DNA from: Nitrosomonas europaea
GTDB lineage: Bacteria; Pseudomonadota; Gammaproteobacteria; Burkholderiales; Nitrosomonadaceae
DNA length: 32,000 nt
Direction of reading: 5' to 3'
NCBI RefSeq assembly: GCF_900167395.1
Contig: NZ_FUWK01000020.1
Coordinates: forward strand, 14,327 to 46,326
This document shows positions 28,553 through 32,000 of this stretch, in pieces (the stretch's first letter is position 1; each line of letters begins with the position of its first letter). Below the pieces are notes generated by a model, which saw nothing but the letters and a program-made list of their open reading frames with translations, had not been told where the DNA came from and did no database searches. The position numbers were made by a program, and so were the translations under genes.

Positions 28553-29740
28553 ATGACAGAGCGTTTCTTCGCTCCCTGCCCGCGCGGGCTGGAAACCGTC
28601 CTGGCAGCGGAGCTTGAACGTCTGGATGCAACATCCATCCAGGCTTCACCCGGCGGTGTGGGTTTCCACGGAAACTGGCAGACCTGTTACCGTGCCAACC
28701 TCGAAAGTCGCATCGCCAGCCGTATTCTGTGGCAAATCGCCAAAGATCAGTACCGCAGTGAAGCCGATATCTACGACCTTACCCATTCTCTGCCCTGGCA
28801 AGACTGGTTCGAACCGCGGTTATCGATAAAAGTAAACCTGGCTGCAATCAAGTGTCCACTGCGCAGTCTCGATTTTGTGACACTCCGCATCAAGGATGCT
28901 GTATGCGACAAATTCCGGGCAATTCACGGTAAGCGGCCTGATATCGACACTGTTGCACCGGATATGCGCATCCACGGTTTTCTTAATGCGCAGGAATTCA
29001 CGCTTTACCTCGATACTTCCGGTGAAGCGCTGTTCAAACGCGGCCTGCGCCAGACTCAGGGCGAAGCGCCTCTGCGCGAGAACCTGGCTGCCGGCATCCT
29101 GGCATTGACCGGCTGGCAGCCCGGTACGCCCCTGCTCGACCCGATGTGCGGCAGCGGCACACTGCTGCTGGAAGCCGCCCAGATCGCCTGCCGGATTGCG
29201 CCCGGCTCCGGACGGCAATTTGCATTCGAGCAGTTGAAACTGTTCGATGCCCGTTCCTGGAAAAAACTCAAACAGACAGCAACGGAACGTCAGCATGAGC
29301 GTACATTTCAATCCATTTATGGCAGTGATCTGTATGGCAGCGCACTGGCCCATACCCGCAACAATCTTGCCGCAGCGGGACTGGCCGAATGCGTCACGCT
29401 GAAACAGGCGAATGTCCTGGAAATTTCCGCTCCGGCTGAAACCGGTATACTGGTCAGTAATCCGCCGTATGGTGTACGCATCGGAGATCATCAGATGCTT
29501 GCTGAATTTTATCCTCGATTGGGAGATGTTCTGAAACAGCGGTTCAGCGGCTGGCGCGCTTTTCTGCTGACTGCCGATCCGCTGCTGGCAAAATCCATCC
29601 GGCTCACGCCTTCACGTCGAACTCCACTGTTCAACGGCGCGCTGGAATGCCGTCTGCTTGAATACCGACTGGTTGCCGGTAGTATGCGCAGAGAAAAACA
29701 ACCGTCAAGCGAATCAAGCACAAACCAGCCCATAACATAA
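28553..29740 (+). CDS. THUMP-domain class I SAM-dependent RNA methyltransferase (RlmL N-terminal-module-like)
   Basis: Starts MTERFFAPCPRGLETVLAAELERL. THUMP region, SAM motif DPMCGSGTLLLEAA and catalytic NPPYG. The track start at 28478 would overlap the DUF423 gene, so I trimmed to the internal ATG at 28553. Confidence 0.85.
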   Translation: MTERFFAPCPRGLETVLAAELERLDATSIQASPGGVGFHGNWQTCYRANLESRIASRILWQIAKDQYRSEADIYDLTHSLPWQDWFEPRLSIKVNLAAIKCPLRSLDFVTLRIKDAVCDKFRAIHGKRPDIDTVAPDMRIHGFLNAQEFTLYLDTSGEALFKRGLRQTQGEAPLRENLAAGILALTGWQPGTPLLDPMCGSGTLLLEAAQIACRIAPGSGRQFAFEQLKLFDARSWKKLKQTATERQHERTFQSIYGSDLYGSALAHTRNNLAAAGLAECVTLKQANVLEISAPAETGILVSNPPYGVRIGDHQMLAEFYPRLGDVLKQRFSGWRAFLLTADPLLAKSIRLTPSRRTPLFNGALECRLLEYRLVAGSMRREKQPSSESSTNQPIT

Positions 29741-29746
29741 GGAACC

Positions 29747-30241
29747 ATGAGAATAATCTTTCTGCTGATTGCCCTTATCTGTGCCGGACTGGTGAGCTAC
29801 GCACTTTATCTGCAACTGGCTGATGGATTGCTGCCCTGCCCGCTGTGCATCTTCCAGCGTATGGCCTACTGGCTGGTTGGCATTACCGCATTATTCGCGT
29901 TCATCCATCATCCACAACGATTGGGAAGACGCATCTATTGCGGACTGATCATCCTGTTTTCACTGGCAGGTGCGATCGTTGCCGGCCGGCAAGCCTGGCT
30001 GGTACGTTTTCCTGAAGCATTCGAATGCGGCATCAGCCCGGAAGAAGCTTTTCTGAATGAACTGCCTCTCGCCCGATGGTGGCCGGATATGTTTGAAGCC
30101 AACGGCGACTGCACCGATGGCACCTGGCAGTTTCTGTCATTGACGATTCCCGACTGGTCACTGCTGATATTTCTGGCATTCAGCCTGATAGCCGGATTAC
30201 TCTGGCGAAGTCGGTCAATCAGCTCCTCAAATCTCAAATAA
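29747..30241 (+). CDS. dsbB: disulfide bond formation protein B
   Basis: 164 aa with four TM segments. First periplasmic-loop CxxC (CPLC) and a second Cys pair (FECG...GDCTD). Confidence 0.85.
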   Translation: MRIIFLLIALICAGLVSYALYLQLADGLLPCPLCIFQRMAYWLVGITALFAFIHHPQRLGRRIYCGLIILFSLAGAIVAGRQAWLVRFPEAFECGISPEEAFLNELPLARWWPDMFEANGDCTDGTWQFLSLTIPDWSLLIFLAFSLIAGLLWRSRSISSSNLK

Positions 30242-30268
30242 GCACCTGTCCTGGCTTGGAGAAACGAA

Positions 30269-31057
30269 ATGATTCCAGTCGATGGCAATTTCATACTCGC
30301 AGTTGCTCCACAGTTCTCTGGTGACAAGAAAGCTGCCCAGGAACAGATCATTGGAGCAATTTCAGCCATTTTTTCTGCAACGCTCGATGGTTATGCAATC
30401 AATACCAGATTGCGGATCGCTCATTTCATGGGGCAGGTTACTCATGAATGTGCCGGTTTCAGAACCACGGAAGAATTTGCCTCCGGGGCAGCATACGAAG
30501 GCCGCCAGGATCTGGGCAATACTCAAGCGGGAGATGGCAAGCGTTATAAGGGACGCGGACTGATTCAGCTGACCGGTCGTGCAAACTATCGGGATATCGG
30601 CCAGATACTTGGTCTGCCTCTGGAAGACAACCCTGCGATGGCAGCAGAACCGGTCACTGCGCTGAAAATAGCATGTGAATACTGGAAAAAGCGAAATATC
30701 AATTCGGCAGCAGATCGCGATGACCTGATCAGCGCCACCAGACTCGTTAATGGCGGCCTGAATGGGCTCGAAGATCGCCGTGGTTATCTGATCAAGGCCA
30801 AGTCCGAATTAGCAAGAATCGAAGGGCTCGTCATATCGGCAGACGAAGGTGGCAACACCATGATTCTGCATCGCGGATCATTCGGAGCTGGCGTGGCCGA
30901 GCTGCAGGAATTACTGATCAACAAGGGATTTTCACTTTCCATTGACAGCAGCTTCGGTGCAGCAACCGAACTTGCCGTCATGACATTCCAGAAAGCCAAC
31001 AGCCTCGAGGCAAATGGTATCGTCGAGAGAAATACATGGACCAGGTTGCGAGCCTGA
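30269..31057 (+). CDS. glycoside hydrolase family 19 muramidase/chitinase-like enzyme with C-terminal PG_binding_1 domain
   Basis: 262 aa. GH19 core (RIAHFMGQVTHECAGFRTTEE...YKGRGLIQLTGRANY). C-terminal peptidoglycan-binding repeat (GSFGAGVAELQELLINKGFSLSIDSSFGAATELAVMTFQKANSLEANGIVERNTWTRL). No signal peptide seen. GGAGA Shine-Dalgarno upstream. Confidence 0.85.
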   Translation: MIPVDGNFILAVAPQFSGDKKAAQEQIIGAISAIFSATLDGYAINTRLRIAHFMGQVTHECAGFRTTEEFASGAAYEGRQDLGNTQAGDGKRYKGRGLIQLTGRANYRDIGQILGLPLEDNPAMAAEPVTALKIACEYWKKRNINSAADRDDLISATRLVNGGLNGLEDRRGYLIKAKSELARIEGLVISADEGGNTMILHRGSFGAGVAELQELLINKGFSLSIDSSFGAATELAVMTFQKANSLEANGIVERNTWTRLRA

Positions 31058-31214
31058 CCAGGACGAAAATAACGATACGTTCTCACCAATGATGAGTAAC
31101 ACTGGTTTCCATTGAAACAGATCCGGAATACTGCAAGTTTTACAGAAACCCTAAATGAATAGCTGCACGGCATCACAGGTACGAATCATTTAATCAGCAC
31201 GGAGAAATCATTTC

Positions 31215-31604
31215 ATGACACGTAAACTCATCAGCTCGGGCTCAACCTTTGAAAAAGAAATTGGTTATTCGCGTGCAGTCGTCGTAGATAACTGGGTACT
31301 GGTATCCGGCACGACAGGTTTCGATTACAGCAAAATGTCCATTTCCGATGACTTGCTGGAACAGGCGGAGCAATGCTTCAGGAATATCGAAGCAGCACTC
31401 GATCAGGCAGGGTCGAACATGAAAGAAGTAGTGCGAGTCACTTATGTATTCCCCCAGGCAGAAGATTTTGAGAAATGCTGGCCGGTGATGCGCAAATACC
31501 TGGGTGATGTCAGACCATCTGCCATGATGCTGACTGCCGGTTTATCCGATCCGCGCATGAAAATTGAAATTCAGGTAACGGCTTATCGCGGTGCCGGAGT
31601 CTGA
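31215..31604 (+). CDS. RidA/YjgF-family reactive-intermediate deaminase-like protein
   Basis: 129 aa with the typical YjgF pattern (GYSRAVVVDNWVLVSGTTG...EQAEQCFRNIEAAL...VRVTYV...IEIQVTA). Confidence 0.85.
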   Translation: MTRKLISSGSTFEKEIGYSRAVVVDNWVLVSGTTGFDYSKMSISDDLLEQAEQCFRNIEAALDQAGSNMKEVVRVTYVFPQAEDFEKCWPVMRKYLGDVRPSAMMLTAGLSDPRMKIEIQVTAYRGAGV

Positions 31605-31748
31605 TTGGATTCGATTTCCCGGAATCCCGTTTATCTGATGGATTGCTTCATCCTTACCGGGTTTGCAAAGGCGGTATTACCCTCATCTGTAGTAGTTGAG
31701 ATCTGATCTGACAGTTACCCGATTTGACGAGTGCCTGTTAGATCAGAT

Positions 31749-32000
31749 TCAGTTATTCAATTCGGTAATTTTATCGTCCCATATCTCCTTTGCGTCAATT
31801 AAAGTTTGCATCGGGGTGCGTCCACAGCACATTTTTCCCTGGTGAGTCCGCACACTGTTGTAGTACGCCATCCAATCATCCAGATCGTGTTGTAACTCTT
31901 CAATGGACTGGTAAATCTTGCGCCGGAATGTCACCTGGTAGAACTCCTGCAAGATGGTTTTGTGAAAGCGTTCGCAAATACCGTTGGTCTGCGGATGATT
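31749..32000 (-). mobile_element. 3' part of an rve (DDE integrase-core) IS transposase gene, IS481-family-like; continues beyond the window
   Basis: The minus-strand translation reads ...NHPQTNGICERFHKTILQEFYQVTFRRKIYQSIEELQHDLDDWMAYYNSVRTHQGKMCCGRTPMQTL... It contains the PQTNG..ERFH segment that carries the last catalytic Glu. The frame is open through position 32000. The element end must lie within 31605..31748 but cannot be fixed without the other end. Confidence 0.8.

Noticed and set aside
28820-29491. 223-aa minus-strand ORF.
   Set aside because: It is antisense to the THUMP methyltransferase, whose SAM and NPPY motifs fix the real frame.

Overview
The window is a chromosomal, mostly housekeeping segment. 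Gene content and protein sequences look betaproteobacterial and Nitrosomonas-like, but that is inference only. About 30 confident protein genes, in order:
- Minus strand: lspA (5' end only), ileS, ribF, a group III truncated haemoglobin.
- Plus strand: a family-5 ABC substrate-binding protein with a single permease, a Cache/HAMP/GGDEF diguanylate cyclase, cbpA-cbpM, a DUF2914 membrane protein, a zinc-ribbon NUDIX hydrolase.
- Two convergent tRNA genes (initiator tRNA-Met and tRNA-Asn) flanking about 550 bp with no convincing gene.
- The conserved xseB-ispA-dxs operon, then folE2, a UPF0114/YqhA protein, a pteridine-reductase-like SDR and a DUF185 methyltransferase.
- A minus-strand run exbB-hpnA-mlaA(vacJ)-shc-hpnG (hopanoid biosynthesis).
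- xseA, a DUF423 protein, a THUMP RNA methyltransferase, dsbB, a GH19 muramidase with a peptidoglycan-binding domain, ridA, and the 3' end of an rve-type IS transposase at the right edge.

Most notable observations:
1. A solitary integron gene cassette, 433 bp with one 116-aa ORF of unknown function. Its 60-nt attC closely resembles the aadA-type 59-base element. It sits between the dxs stop codon and a hairpin, and its junctions fit integrase-mediated insertion at a GAT secondary site.
2. Three perfect TTATNCACA DnaA boxes within 35 bp, plus a fourth near-consensus box and a stretch of about 26% G+C, in the exbB/xseA divergent intergenic region.
3. An MlaA/VacJ outer-membrane lipoprotein and an ExbB-type proton channel with no ExbD partner, embedded in the hopanoid operon-like run.
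4. An ABC substrate-binding protein with both an N-terminal lipobox and a C-terminal transmembrane anchor, in a transporter locus lacking the second permease and the ATPases.

I saw no CRISPR array, rRNA gene, integrase gene or recognisable defence system.
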